NCBI GenBank assembly: GCA_963663385.2
Contig: CAXXXD010000003.1
Coordinates: 160,001 to 224,000, forward strand
Direction: 5' to 3'
Length of the DNA: 64,000 bases
Origin: Oceanispirochaeta sp.
GTDB taxonomy: Bacteria > Spirochaetota > Spirochaetia > DSM-2461
In this document: in pieces, positions 1-10,619 of the stretch
How positions within the stretch are numbered: position 1 is the first letter of the stretch
Layout of the letters: each line of letters begins with the position of its first letter
Position numbers and translations under genes: made by a program
The notes under the pieces: generated by a model
The model's input: the letters and a program-made list of their open reading frames with translations, nothing else
Databases searched by the model: none
Told to the model about the DNA's origin: nothing

Positions 1-2
1 GC

Positions 3-2270
3 CGGTCGATCATTCTTTTGATCATTACCGGCGGTTCGGGATCCGTATGGTTCACATTCTGTAGTAACGGGCAGATCATGAATGTTCTGGTTCAGAACCA
101 TCTGGGCGCTTCGGACCGCACGCTGGGGATCCTCGGCGGATTTCTCAGTTTCATAGGGATTTTCAATCTCGGTGCCATTCTGCTTTATTACCGGGCTAAA
201 AGAATAAAAAGGGTTTTCGTTCCTGTTACATTGCTGTCGAAAACCTCTGCCTTCTTTATTTCCGCCGCCGCTTTTTATGTTCACTGCGGAGGAAGCCGGG
301 AGATCGCGCTCATGGTTATCGTAGTTTCCACCGTTCTTTTCTCATCGGTCGCCAATAATCTGACCGGTCCGCTCTGGTGGACTTGGATCAGCCATCTGAT
401 CCCCGATAAAAAAAGAGCGTCCTTCTTCGGAATCCGCACTTCGGTTTCCCAGGCTTCGAGCATTCTCATGTTTTTCGCCGCTACTTTCTGCCTCGACCGT
501 TTCAGCATAAATCTTTTTTTCGTCTACGGTCTGTTTTATTTTATGGCGGGGATAGCCGGCATGTCCGATATTATCATTCACTGCTTTGTTCCCGAACCGA
601 AACATACGCGAAGCGGAACACTGACTATCGGCAGTTTCTTTGCGCCATTCAGGGATGGAAAATTTATGAAATTCGCCCTGATCATAGGGCTGACCAATGC
701 CTCCATCGGAATCAGTGTCCCCTTTCACGGTCCCTATATTACAAATCCCGGGACAATCGGTGCGGCCAATCTCTGGCTGGGCATCATGTTTGTCCTATCT
801 CAGGTCTCCTGGATCATCATGGCTCCGTTCTGGGGGACCATGATTGACCGTCTCGGCAAGAAACCCATGATTCTTTTAGGTCTTGCGGCCCCTTTCGCCT
901 ATGTCGGGTTTATTTTCCTCTCACCGGATAACTGCTCCCTGATACTGCCGCTTATAGCCGTATTCAGCGGTTTACTGACGCCGGCTTACGGCATAGGCGT
1001 ATCCCAGTTGATGCTTTCCCTCCCTCCGGAGGAGAACCGCATCTCCTATATCGGCTGGTTTCACGCTCTGATAGGAGCCCTTGGCGCGGCCGGTCCCATT
1101 GCGGGAGGTTATATCATGGAGCTGACATGGGGAAACCTGTCGATGACCATTTCAATTTCTCTCGCCCTGGTGTCTCTTTCCTTTCTCCTGTGTCTGACCA
1201 TTCAAGTGGACGAATCCGTTCCCTTTTCCAGAATTGCTCTTCTTATGATGACCCCGTCGACATTCAGGACCTATTCACAAATCCCCATATTATCGGGCAC
1301 TTCCAAACCGGGAAAAGTGGAAAAAGCCCTGAAAAGCATCAACCAGAAGACAGGAAGCCTTGTTATGGATGAGATCATAAACAGACTGGATGATCCTGAA
1401 GAGAATGTGCGCAGGGAGGCTGTATCGGCGTTGGGCCGGGTCGCCACGGCAGAAGCCAGGGATAAACTGATGAATCTGCTCACATCTTCGGAGTCGCTGC
1501 TTAAAGCTGAGGCCGCCCAGGCTCTTGGCGACTTGAAAGATCCCCGGGCGACACCCGTTCTGGTCAGCAGCCTTTACGGAGAAAGCGAACAGGTCCGGAA
1601 GGAAGCGGCTGCGGCTTTGGGGAAAATTCCGGGAACAGAATCTGTGGAGGCCCTTAAAACTCTGCTGAAGGAGGACGGAAGCGAATCCGTCAAAGTCGCG
1701 GGAGCCCGGAGCATCGCGTCTTTAGGGGAAATTGAAGCGGTTGAGGAGATTCTGCAACTTTGGATGAAGACGGAAAACGAAGTTCTCAAAAAGCAGCTGA
1801 TCATTTCCATGGGCAATCTGATCGGGAAACCGGGGGAGATCTACAAACTGCTCACGGGAACGGCGGAAAAGCAGGAAACCGCCATCAGCCAGCTGTTCGC
1901 CGACACAAAATCGGCGCTGAGGAAAACCGGTGCAGGGGGAAGCGCCTTTGTCCGGTTCTTTCTGGATGAGACGTTTCCCTCTCTGGAAATGGAATTTTAC
2001 AACGGGGAATTTAACAGCTGTTTTGACAGATTGCTCGGCTTCATAGGGAAAGTGCAGACAGGAGAATCCGGTGTAAAGATCGATAGAGAAGGGAAAGAAC
2101 GCAGAATAGATTTCCAGAAGACGGTTGAGTATTATTCCTGTCTCGGAACGAATCTCGTTGAAAATCTCCGTATTTACAGGAATCAGAACAGGGTGCTGAA
2201 AGCTCCGGAAATCCTTCTGCTGGTCTACTTCGTCAAGAACTTCTGCCTTAGAAAAAGCAGATCACGGTAG
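3..2270 (+). CDS. MFS transporter fused to C-terminal HEAT-repeat domain (5' end probably outside the window)
   Basis: Frame is open to the window edge upstream of the TTG at 18. About 12 hydrophobic helices with MFS motif 'GTMIDRLGKK', then HEAT-like repeats (VRREAVSALG, LKAEAAQALG, VRKEAAAALG). Confidence 0.85.
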   Translation, partial: RSIILLIITGGSGSVWFTFCSNGQIMNVLVQNHLGASDRTLGILGGFLSFIGIFNLGAILLYYRAKRIKRVFVPVTLLSKTSAFFISAAAFYVHCGGSREIALMVIVVSTVLFSSVANNLTGPLWWTWISHLIPDKKRASFFGIRTSVSQASSILMFFAATFCLDRFSINLFFVYGLFYFMAGIAGMSDIIIHCFVPEPKHTRSGTLTIGSFFAPFRDGKFMKFALIIGLTNASIGISVPFHGPYITNPGTIGAANLWLGIMFVLSQVSWIIMAPFWGTMIDRLGKKPMILLGLAAPFAYVGFIFLSPDNCSLILPLIAVFSGLLTPAYGIGVSQLMLSLPPEENRISYIGWFHALIGALGAAGPIAGGYIMELTWGNLSMTISISLALVSLSFLLCLTIQVDESVPFSRIALLMMTPSTFRTYSQIPILSGTSKPGKVEKALKSINQKTGSLVMDEIINRLDDPEENVRREAVSALGRVATAEARDKLMNLLTSSESLLKAEAAQALGDLKDPRATPVLVSSLYGESEQVRKEAAAALGKIPGTESVEALKTLLKEDGSESVKVAGARSIASLGEIEAVEEILQLWMKTENEVLKKQLIISMGNLIGKPGEIYKLLTGTAEKQETAISQLFADTKSALRKTGAGGSAFVRFFLDETFPSLEMEFYNGEFNSCFDRLLGFIGKVQTGESGVKIDREGKERRIDFQKTVEYYSCLGTNLVENLRIYRNQNRVLKAPEILLLVYFVKNFCLRKSRSR

Positions 2271-2275
2271 GGGGC

Positions 2276-4297
2276 TCAATACTCTATGGCAACCATCCGG
2301 TGGCATGTGAAGGAATCGATACGGAGCTCAAGCAGCCCGTCCCGCCATATCCAGGGTTGTTCTTTATGCTCCGGTTCCAGCAGGACTCTTCGCGGTCTGG
2401 CTGTTCTGATCTTTACGGTCACATGGTGAAGCGGAAGCAGCCCGTCGATAATTTCAACCGGTTTTGTTTCCGGTCCGTAATATCCCCCCCGGGTTACCGT
2501 GTTTCCGTACAGCAGGTGAACAATCATTCTGTTCTCTTTATCCTGTTTGCGGACTGTGAGCCTGGCCGAAGAGGGGAGGTCTGTTTCAACCGACAACTCA
2601 TCGGCGAGCAGAGACTTTATGCATTTGATCAGGAAATCTTTGTAAACGACTGCTCCGTAGGCATAATACTGGGTAAACACCTTGTGGGGGAGATAGAGAA
2701 TTCCACCCTTGAGAACGCCGCAGTCGAATCCCGAATCTTCAAGCCTGTGGGGCGTGTGCCGGTGGCTGCAGAAGTGATCGTATCGGCGGTTGAAATAGGG
2801 ATCGTAAACCTTTCCGAGAGATCTCCCCTCAGATACTTTGAGACGCCTTCCCGGAGAGTACATCACCATGGGGGAGGAGAGAAAATCGGAACTCAGCGAT
2901 TTTTCCGGTTTGATATAATCGGGGCAATAGGGACTCGGTTCCCCCAGTTCTCCGCCGATATCAAAGAGGAAATCTCCCTCCCCGTCAAAACCGCTGTCGC
3001 CGGTTATAAACAGTTTGCCTCCCGATTGTAAATGGCTGTCAAGTTTTCTTTTAAGTCTGGAATCGACGACGATTTCGTCCGGCAGGATCAGCAGCTTATA
3101 GGGGTTGAAATCCGTTTCCTCGTCTATGACGTCGAAGAGGAAATGCCCCTCCAGCAGTATGCGCGAGGCTCCCGTATCCCCCGGATAATCCCTGTTACGG
3201 GGATCCTGCATACCGCTCAGTCTTTCGCGGTTGGCCGCCCGGTTCAATAGGGCGATATCGGCTGCATTCCTGCTGCCGCTGCACCAGGGTTCTTTCTCTT
3301 CGACTTCCCCATAGGCTTGACCGATGATTCTGTAAGTCGACTCATCCATCAGTCCCGAGGGGTGCAATTGATCGCCTATGCTGCATTTCGCGCCAAAGGC
3401 CATCATGGCGGAACACTCATATCTGAGGGCGTCGGGGTGCTTGAATCCGCCGAATTCCCCCCAGGTTGTATGAAATTTCCCGGTCATGCCGAGAAAATCC
3501 ATTCCCAGCGCCGCGGCGTATCTGGCAGAGAAAGGGAAATGGTCGTATCCCCATCCCCCCGTGGGAAGAGATTCAAGCTCCAGATGGCTGAAATAGGGTA
3601 GAATATCTCTCCGGCCTGGGAAAATATGACCGCTGTTGTGAAAAACAGGCATATCCGGATTATTTATCCTGCAGGCTGCAGTCGTTCTCTCATAATATCG
3701 TTTAAGGGCGATTTCCGAACACTTGATCCTGTCTTCTTCGACCAGGGGATCGAGCCCCTGTTTCTTCATCAGTTCCAGGCAGCTGGGACAGCAGCACTGG
3801 CTCTGGGAAATGATATCAAGAAAAACGCCGTCGGCTTTCCCGTATCGTGTCACGGCTTCCTCGATTTTCGCGCAGAGATAATCCAGGTACGGTGTATTGA
3901 AGCAGAGGTTTTTAAAGCCGGCTTGCAGAGGGGAGGGCTCCCAGCTGGCCCATCTTCCCTCCTTGTCTATCTCCCGCCATTCCGAATGCTCTTCCGCGGC
4001 GACATTATCCACGCCGGCCGTCAGATAGATTGGAACGTTTATTCCGTTTTCCTTGCAGGCTTTGATCTGGGCGCCCAGGAGATCAAAGTCCAGATGGGGA
4101 TGCATCTTTCCGACCTTTGTAGGATGGTAGCTCCAGCCGTGGTGGCAGGACGAGAAGCATGTAATGGAGTTTACATGCCCGGCTCTGAGCGCATTAATGA
4201 ATTGATTCTTGTCGAATTCTTTTCCGATATTCTCTATGGCGGGGGAGGTATGGAAGTCCAGGTGTATCTGTCTGTATGGCAAGTCTCTGTTTTTCAT
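2276..4297 (-). CDS. GHL6/GH151-like glycoside hydrolase (putative alpha-L-fucosidase) with beta-galactosidase trimerisation-like domain
   Basis: N-terminal 'RQIHLDFHTS', 'CHHGWSYHPT', 'LELESLPTGGWGYDHF' and 'GMTGKFHTTWGEFGG' match my recollection of this family. Confidence 0.75.
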   Translation of the reverse strand: MKNRDLPYRQIHLDFHTSPAIENIGKEFDKNQFINALRAGHVNSITCFSSCHHGWSYHPTKVGKMHPHLDFDLLGAQIKACKENGINVPIYLTAGVDNVAAEEHSEWREIDKEGRWASWEPSPLQAGFKNLCFNTPYLDYLCAKIEEAVTRYGKADGVFLDIISQSQCCCPSCLELMKKQGLDPLVEEDRIKCSEIALKRYYERTTAACRINNPDMPVFHNSGHIFPGRRDILPYFSHLELESLPTGGWGYDHFPFSARYAAALGMDFLGMTGKFHTTWGEFGGFKHPDALRYECSAMMAFGAKCSIGDQLHPSGLMDESTYRIIGQAYGEVEEKEPWCSGSRNAADIALLNRAANRERLSGMQDPRNRDYPGDTGASRILLEGHFLFDVIDEETDFNPYKLLILPDEIVVDSRLKRKLDSHLQSGGKLFITGDSGFDGEGDFLFDIGGELGEPSPYCPDYIKPEKSLSSDFLSSPMVMYSPGRRLKVSEGRSLGKVYDPYFNRRYDHFCSHRHTPHRLEDSGFDCGVLKGGILYLPHKVFTQYYAYGAVVYKDFLIKCIKSLLADELSVETDLPSSARLTVRKQDKENRMIVHLLYGNTVTRGGYYGPETKPVEIIDGLLPLHHVTVKIRTARPRRVLLEPEHKEQPWIWRDGLLELRIDSFTCHRMVAIEY

Positions 4298-4378
4298 AGG
4301 GATATTATAGTTAAATCGACGTGATCTATCTTTAGATTATTCTCTTGACATATTGCATTATTCTTTTATTGTTTACTC

Positions 4379-5224
4379 ATGATTGAGTTGAGTAATATCG
4401 GTTCCGCGGTCAACTACCCCGAAAGGACTGTAGAAGATACATTTTCCAATAATGGGTTGGGCGAATGGGTTTTTATGCATTTTACTACTCCTTTCAGAGT
4501 CAAAACACCTATGGGAGCCATGGATCGTCCATCTGGCGATTTTCTGATTAATTCTCCCGATTATCCCCAGTGGCACAGGGGGATCGGAATGTGTTTTAAA
4601 AATGACTGGTTTATTTTCAATGATCCGGAAATAGGAAAATTCCTCGGGGTTTTAAATATCCCGATTAATATCCCCTTTACTCTTACAAACGGAGAAGCCC
4701 TCCTCTCTCTCTTCTCCGATATCCAGAGGGAGAAGATTCTGACGGACAGGTACTGGAAGGAGAAAATCGATCTTCTGGTAAGGGAAATTTTTCTGGAGGC
4801 GGCAAGGGGATTGGGACATCAGAAGGACCGTTATTTTACCGACAGGGAAAAAGAGCTGATCCCTTTGTTTCAGGATGCCCGCCTTGAGATTCACAAGGCC
4901 TCCGGAAAAAGCTGGAAGGTCGAAGACATGGCCGCTCTCGTATCGCTGAGTCCGAACCGTTTTGCCGTTTTATACCGGAAGTACTTCGGTATTTCACCTC
5001 TGGCCGATCTTCTGGAGTTCAGGTTGAATCAGGCAAAGAGCCGCCTTCTGAATCATAATTCCAAAATAGAATCAATTGCCGAAGAGTGCGGCTTCACTAC
5101 GACCCATTACTTCTGGAGGGTGTTTAAAAGGCGTTTCGGTCTCTCTCCTTCGGAATTCAGAAAAACCGTTAAATGGCATAATGCCGAAAGCGCAGCGTTT
5201 GGGGCCTCCGGCATAATGCCATAG
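4379..5224 (+). CDS. AraC family transcriptional regulator
   Basis: C-terminal double HTH 'IAEECGFTTTHYFWRVFKRRFGLSPSEFR'; divergent from the GH gene. Confidence 0.92.
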   Translation: MIELSNIGSAVNYPERTVEDTFSNNGLGEWVFMHFTTPFRVKTPMGAMDRPSGDFLINSPDYPQWHRGIGMCFKNDWFIFNDPEIGKFLGVLNIPINIPFTLTNGEALLSLFSDIQREKILTDRYWKEKIDLLVREIFLEAARGLGHQKDRYFTDREKELIPLFQDARLEIHKASGKSWKVEDMAALVSLSPNRFAVLYRKYFGISPLADLLEFRLNQAKSRLLNHNSKIESIAEECGFTTTHYFWRVFKRRFGLSPSEFRKTVKWHNAESAAFGASGIMP

Positions 5225-5237
5225 CTGCAGAGGGCTG

Positions 5238-7232
5238 TTATGATCTCCTCAAAAGAGGCATGAACAGACCGCCCTGCACGGTCCGGTTCTGAAAATCCCG
5301 GCACCGCCCTGTATCGGTTTCATACCAGTCCGAGAAGGGAACCCTGTCCGGAGTCTCTCTTAAAAAGCGGAATACCGGGCGAATCAGGGCTGCCCGGTCC
5401 TCCTTCGATTCGGCGAAGGAGGCGCACCATAGAATCCAGTCGCTTTTCGTGTATTTCGCCCGGTTGTCCAGCGGCACTCCGTATTTATCCTGTTTCCGCA
5501 GGTACCAGGCGGTCTCCCTGGCAAAAATGCGGGGAGAGAAGAGGTTTGTCTCCAGAACCAGATCCCAGATGAGGTTGTATTTCTGTCCCCAGGACTCCGG
5601 TCTGTCAAAGGTCAGCGCTGAATGATCCGGTTGGAGAAATACCCGTTCCTCCCAGTCAGCCGCCAGCGATTCACTGCGCTTCCTGTATCCTTCAGCCTCT
5701 TCCTTTTCTCCAAGGGCTTCCAGCAGGATGGCATAAGAGGCTATTCCAAGAACGGCCTTGGCCGCCAGGTTGGCGTTGTGGGCCAGATGGCCGGCAAAAT
5801 CATCGGTACAGAGCTGGTTGCCCGGATCCCTCCCGTACTCGAGGAGGTAGCGCACCCAGCTGCCGTAGAGGTCCCGGTTTTCCCCGACGAATGCCAGATC
5901 GCCGTCGGCCCGATAGAGGGCCGCCGCCATTATCAGCATGTTCCCGCACTCCTCCACAGGCATCTGGCGGTCAAAATCATAGAGGTTGGAACCCTTCGGG
6001 TAGGAGTAATACGGCGGAATGGTGTCGTTTCTATCCTGACCGTCTTTTTTACCTGGGGCCAGCTCGGAGTTCAGAGCATAGATCTGACCGTTGGCATAGG
6101 GGTATCGGCCCACGTCATGGGGGGCGAAGTCGTACTCCCATACGGGTCTGCGGGCAAAAGTTAGAACCGGTCTTATCATGCCCTTGACCAGTTCGGGATT
6201 ATAGAGGAGATAGAGCGGTACGGAAGGATAACTGACATCCACCGTGCCTATACAGCCGTTGGAATGGCACTCTTTGGAGAGAAAAACCGGATGCCCGTTC
6301 CGGTCGGCGATCAGTTTATGGGCGGCTATGGACTGGCGGAATGCCAGCGAGAGGATTTCGGCGTATTCGCCGGAAATGGCGTTCTTCGCTGACCGGGACA
6401 CCTCTTCATCCATACGGGTACACCGTTCCATGACGGTCTGGTAATCCCTTTCCGCGTCCTCCAGCGCTTCAAATATGGTCCGGCCTTCACGGGCCCAGTA
6501 TCCCCGGTACGTTTCGCCGAAATAAACCAGAGAGGCGGTATCGTCATAAGCCAGAAGGAGCCTGGCCGACGTTTCTGCCGAAACCTCATGAAACTGCAGC
6601 AGAGCTCCGATAGCCATCTCCGATCCGGGCTCGGTATCGCATGTAAAAAGACGGTGACCGCTGTCATTTCCCACGGCCAGATAGAGATACCCCCAATCAA
6701 TGGTAATTCCGTCACCCGAGTGGTTGAGCGGAGTCTGTTTCGCTTTTCCCAGAGATATGGCACTGAGACTTTCGAGCTTATGCTCCCGTACAACCATATT
6801 CTCCGGGTTGTCTCCACCTCTGCAGTGGGACTCATCCATTGTAATGCTCAGATCTACGGAATGGGTTTTTCCGTCCATCGGCCGAACGGAAAAGGACAGA
6901 TAGGTTACAGGCCTGGAAACCAGGTCCAGGTCATCGGGCAGAAGGGGGGAGGTAAAGCGAACTGAGAGCTCTATGCCTTCGGCTGCAAAAGTGTAGATTG
7001 ATGAAAGGGCCGTGAGATCAAAACCGGTTTGCTCCATGGTTCTCCCGGAATTGTCGAGTCCCATAAAACGGTAGACGGTTCCGTCAATGCGGGCCGTACC
7101 GGTCAGGGGCTGCTTTCTTCCTGTCCAGTTAACCACTTCGCTTTCGTAGAGCTTGTCCGAAGGGGACCAGAGCGAAAAATAGGGGTCATGCGTCACCAGG
7201 GGGACGGCGGGGTATCGTTTTGTTTTTGTCAT
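5238..7232 (-). CDS. GtaA 'glutaminase'-like / DUF4965-DUF5127-DUF1793 protein, probable (alpha/alpha)6 glycoside hydrolase-like enzyme
   Basis: 'PAVPLVTHDPYFSLWS', 'FLSKECHSNGCIGTVDV', 'FAPHDVGRYP', 'MPVEECGNM', 'QLCTDDFAG', 'YTKSDW'; GGAGG SD upstream. Confidence 0.8.
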   Translation of the reverse strand: MTKTKRYPAVPLVTHDPYFSLWSPSDKLYESEVVNWTGRKQPLTGTARIDGTVYRFMGLDNSGRTMEQTGFDLTALSSIYTFAAEGIELSVRFTSPLLPDDLDLVSRPVTYLSFSVRPMDGKTHSVDLSITMDESHCRGGDNPENMVVREHKLESLSAISLGKAKQTPLNHSGDGITIDWGYLYLAVGNDSGHRLFTCDTEPGSEMAIGALLQFHEVSAETSARLLLAYDDTASLVYFGETYRGYWAREGRTIFEALEDAERDYQTVMERCTRMDEEVSRSAKNAISGEYAEILSLAFRQSIAAHKLIADRNGHPVFLSKECHSNGCIGTVDVSYPSVPLYLLYNPELVKGMIRPVLTFARRPVWEYDFAPHDVGRYPYANGQIYALNSELAPGKKDGQDRNDTIPPYYSYPKGSNLYDFDRQMPVEECGNMLIMAAALYRADGDLAFVGENRDLYGSWVRYLLEYGRDPGNQLCTDDFAGHLAHNANLAAKAVLGIASYAILLEALGEKEEAEGYRKRSESLAADWEERVFLQPDHSALTFDRPESWGQKYNLIWDLVLETNLFSPRIFARETAWYLRKQDKYGVPLDNRAKYTKSDWILWCASFAESKEDRAALIRPVFRFLRETPDRVPFSDWYETDTGRCRDFQNRTVQGGLFMPLLRRS

Positions 7233-7387
7233 TGTATCCTCCGAAAATATCCTATGCCGGGATAGACATCAGGAAAATGGCTGAAATTGTATAATAGATA
7301 TCCAATACTATACTGCTTGTATTCTGAGATATTCAAAAACATCAATTTTGTTGACTTCAAGGTGTTTTAAGAGCAATAATCTTCTTT

Positions 7388-8242
7388 ATGATATATACGG
7401 AAGATATCCGAAATAATATTCCTGCAGAATCCAGAGAGGAGTTCATACCCGTTGATATTCCGGGAGCGGAACTTGCCGGCAAGTGGGGCATTCAGCTGGC
7501 CGGCATCAGCGATCTGACCGAAGGCTATCAGATGGGACGGCGGGATTGCCCCTTTACCGTGCTTATCTGCGTTCTGTCAGGAGAGGGATTCTGTTATTTC
7601 GACGGGAAGCCGCACGCCCTGAAAGAGGGAAACATCCTTATGATCCGTTTCGGCGAGGATCATATCTACCGGGCTTCGGGAACCTGGCGAATTCTGTGGT
7701 TTCACCTGGACTGTTGTTTCCGGAAGGAAACGGAGTCCCCTTTCTTTATCAGATCCGATGGGGAGCTGATTCAATCGCTTTACCGAATTTCCCTGACCTT
7801 TCTGAGGGAGAGCCAGGGGGAAAGGAACGGTATGATCCTGTATAATCTCGGGAGTCTGATTGCTTTAATGATACGCCGTATTCTGGCTTACCCCTCATCG
7901 GGAGTGCGGCAGAGCCGGGACAGGCAGATTATAGAAAGGCTTCGCCGGGAAGCGAGCCGCGATCTGTCCAGGGACTGGACTGTGGGTGAACTGGCTGAAC
8001 TGGCAAATATTACACCATCCTATCTCTTCAAGATAACGGGGCGTACCCTTGATCTTTCGCCTCAGGGATTTGTGACACAGATGAAAATGGAGCTGGCCGT
8101 TCAGCTCCTTAATCATTCCGATTATCCCCTGAAATACATCGCCGACAGGCTGGGCTACTCTACGCCTTACGCTTTTTCAAAGGCTTTCAGGAAGCGTTAC
8201 GGTGTCAGTCCGGGGGCTTTCCGGAATGGAGAGAGGTCCTAG
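7388..8242 (+). CDS. AraC family transcriptional regulator (cupin + HTH)
   Basis: 'IADRLGYSTPYAFSKAFRKRYGVSPGAFR' HTH; N-terminal cupin-like region. Confidence 0.92.
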   Translation: MIYTEDIRNNIPAESREEFIPVDIPGAELAGKWGIQLAGISDLTEGYQMGRRDCPFTVLICVLSGEGFCYFDGKPHALKEGNILMIRFGEDHIYRASGTWRILWFHLDCCFRKETESPFFIRSDGELIQSLYRISLTFLRESQGERNGMILYNLGSLIALMIRRILAYPSSGVRQSRDRQIIERLRREASRDLSRDWTVGELAELANITPSYLFKITGRTLDLSPQGFVTQMKMELAVQLLNHSDYPLKYIADRLGYSTPYAFSKAFRKRYGVSPGAFRNGERS

Positions 8243-8298
8243 TCCGGGGATTGCCTCTGAATCGATGTTTCCGATACCGTAACCTTATATCATTTCTT

Positions 8299-10401
8299 TC
8301 ACTCAAAAACCATCCGGAACCGGGCCAGCCCGTCATCCTCATACCACATGGGGAAATTGGTACCCCAGAGATTATTGGAGATATTGAAGTGGACTCCTTC
8401 CCGCATATCGGGCTGGGACTGGTCAAATTCCAGTATCCTCGGCCTGCCGGGACTCAGCAGAGGTATGTCGAGGGTTTCGATTCTCAGGGATTCACCGCCA
8501 TCGAGGCAGCTGATTCCCCTCTCCGTGCAGTGGAGAGCCCTGTTGCCTCCGTTGATGATTTCGAATGGAGAGACGGATATTCCCATTTTGTCTATACTCC
8601 ATTCCGCCTGTTCCGTAAACTGCGGGATAAAGGAAAACCAGAGCGCCTCAGGTATGCGGCAGGCTTTCTTGTCCGACCATTTCAGTTCGATCTCAATCTC
8701 TCCGCTGCCGGGAAATGTGTATGTAATTCCCACATACTTCGGTGCGCCGAATCTCTCTGTGCATTCTCCGGGCATTTCCAGGAATACCGCAAGGCGTTCC
8801 TTTCCATGGCTGTTCCGGAAAAATGAGACCCTCTCTGCCTCGAAGAATTGATGGTTCAGATCTGTGAGATTCTCCAACCCCGGTTTGGTGTAGTCGGGAA
8901 CAGCCCAGCCTGAGGTCCAGTCCTTGTTGATATTGTAACGTTCGTGAAAAACCCTGTAGGAGGAGGCTGTAAACAGTTCGTATCTGAATAGCCCCAGAGC
9001 CTTTCCTTTTTCGCACCATGACCGCCCCGTTCCTGTATCTGCCAGGAAGGTCAGAGCGCCTGTGCTCCGTGAGAAGGAGAACCGGAATCCGCCCATTTCC
9101 ATTTCATCCGGGGGATCGATTTCCCTGAATTCCTTTGCCATCATCTTTTTCCGGGAAAGAGGGGCGGGGGATATCATGGCCAGGGCCTCTTCGGCTTCTC
9201 TTCTGAACCGGTCGTTCTGAAGGGACGCTACAGCCTGATCGATGTAGTTCCGCTGTTCCTTCCAGGAGGATTCGAACCTGCTGTATGAAGGTCCGATAGG
9301 ATCGTCTCTTTCAGAGCTATGGTCGTCCTCATCGAGTTTAAAGGCGCAGAATCTCATATCGGCACCGGTAGTGATATCCCGTGGCACCGAATCTCTTTGT
9401 CTCGCACTGGTAAAATCCTCCCGGCTGTAATTAACATAGTCTTTCAGATGAGTCTTTTCATCCATTCCCCATGTGTGCTCGGGAACCATGAGCAGTTTTC
9501 CTGTGAATTCTTTAAATCCAGGTTCCTCTTTGCATTCTGCGGATTCTTCCCATTTCCGTCTTAGACGGCTTAACTGTCTGAACCGGGCCGTTTTAAGAGG
9601 ATCCGAACCGACTCCGTGAATCCATGTGTCTCCCATCTCTCCCGTAACGAGGGGAAGATTTCCGCTTACGGTTCGCAGGCGTTCGGCAAAATGGTCGAGG
9701 GTCGATCCGGTGATGGTTGCGCCCGGGTATCTGTCGTGCAGTCTTCCGAATTCCTGATTCAGCTCCTCTACCGAAGGGGGGCCGCAGTTATCTCCCGAGT
9801 GAGCAAAGAAGAGCAGATCGTTGAATCCGTCGATTTTCAGAGGCTGACCGTAGCCTGAAACGTAATTGACCGTCACCTGACTCCCGCAGGGAGACCGCCA
9901 GTTGAAAAGAGGGGGCAGGTCGATGGTTGTGGAAGCGGGATTAACTCCTATATGGAGGAATTCGACACCCGCATCGGCCAGAAGCGGAATGATAGCTCTG
10001 CAGTGACCGGGGACATCAGTCATTTTCCCCGCTATGGTTTTCCTGCCGAATCTTTGGTCGAGGCGTTTAGAAATGGCCAGCCCCGCCCGGAAGAGGCTGC
10101 TGTCCATATACTCCGAGTGGACTGTGAAGGGGAGGGCGTGCCAGGCAATATCTCCGGAGAGGATGGCCTCCTCCATCTTTCCCCTCATTTGTCTGCTGCC
10201 CTTCTCCAGGTATTCCTCAATCAGCCAGGATCCTGTCGTCCATATAAAGCGATTGCCCTCGCCTTTCTTTCTCGTTCTCTCGGCAAGATCCAGAGCCGCC
10301 GGGATGAAGTTACGGAAATAATTATCTGTAACAGACGCCGCCGTATCGGTAAACCCTATATCAAGATGGGTCTTAAAAACCACGTGAATTGTTTTCTTCA
10401 T
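8299..10401 (-). CDS. DUF5054 protein with GH38-like N-terminal domain (putative glycoside hydrolase)
   Basis: 'IHVVFKTHLDIGFTD' metal-binding HxD motif, 'MTDVPGH', 'GDTWIHG', 'EHTWG', 'NNLWGTNFPMW'. Confidence 0.75.
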   Translation of the reverse strand: MKKTIHVVFKTHLDIGFTDTAASVTDNYFRNFIPAALDLAERTRKKGEGNRFIWTTGSWLIEEYLEKGSRQMRGKMEEAILSGDIAWHALPFTVHSEYMDSSLFRAGLAISKRLDQRFGRKTIAGKMTDVPGHCRAIIPLLADAGVEFLHIGVNPASTTIDLPPLFNWRSPCGSQVTVNYVSGYGQPLKIDGFNDLLFFAHSGDNCGPPSVEELNQEFGRLHDRYPGATITGSTLDHFAERLRTVSGNLPLVTGEMGDTWIHGVGSDPLKTARFRQLSRLRRKWEESAECKEEPGFKEFTGKLLMVPEHTWGMDEKTHLKDYVNYSREDFTSARQRDSVPRDITTGADMRFCAFKLDEDDHSSERDDPIGPSYSRFESSWKEQRNYIDQAVASLQNDRFRREAEEALAMISPAPLSRKKMMAKEFREIDPPDEMEMGGFRFSFSRSTGALTFLADTGTGRSWCEKGKALGLFRYELFTASSYRVFHERYNINKDWTSGWAVPDYTKPGLENLTDLNHQFFEAERVSFFRNSHGKERLAVFLEMPGECTERFGAPKYVGITYTFPGSGEIEIELKWSDKKACRIPEALWFSFIPQFTEQAEWSIDKMGISVSPFEIINGGNRALHCTERGISCLDGGESLRIETLDIPLLSPGRPRILEFDQSQPDMREGVHFNISNNLWGTNFPMWYEDDGLARFRMVFE

Positions 10402-10619
10402 AATGAACCCATTCTATGAACAGTTGCTGGATCAGTCAATTTATGGAATGAGAGGGGGATGTTTTGTTTAATTCTTTTTAAGATAAAGGAATAATTTTTT
10501 TATGTTTGATAAGTTGTATCAAAAGAGGTATTTTATTTGCAACAAAATATATATAATTGTATCATTAATTGATGCTGACTTTCTTGTTTTGTAGTATGAA
10601 TAAGGGGTCGAAGGAACAG

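Noticed and set aside
2300..4324. Long plus-strand ORFs (243 and 232 aa) opposite the GH151-like gene
   Set aside because: They lie antisense to a well-supported gene and have no motifs; typical shadow ORFs.
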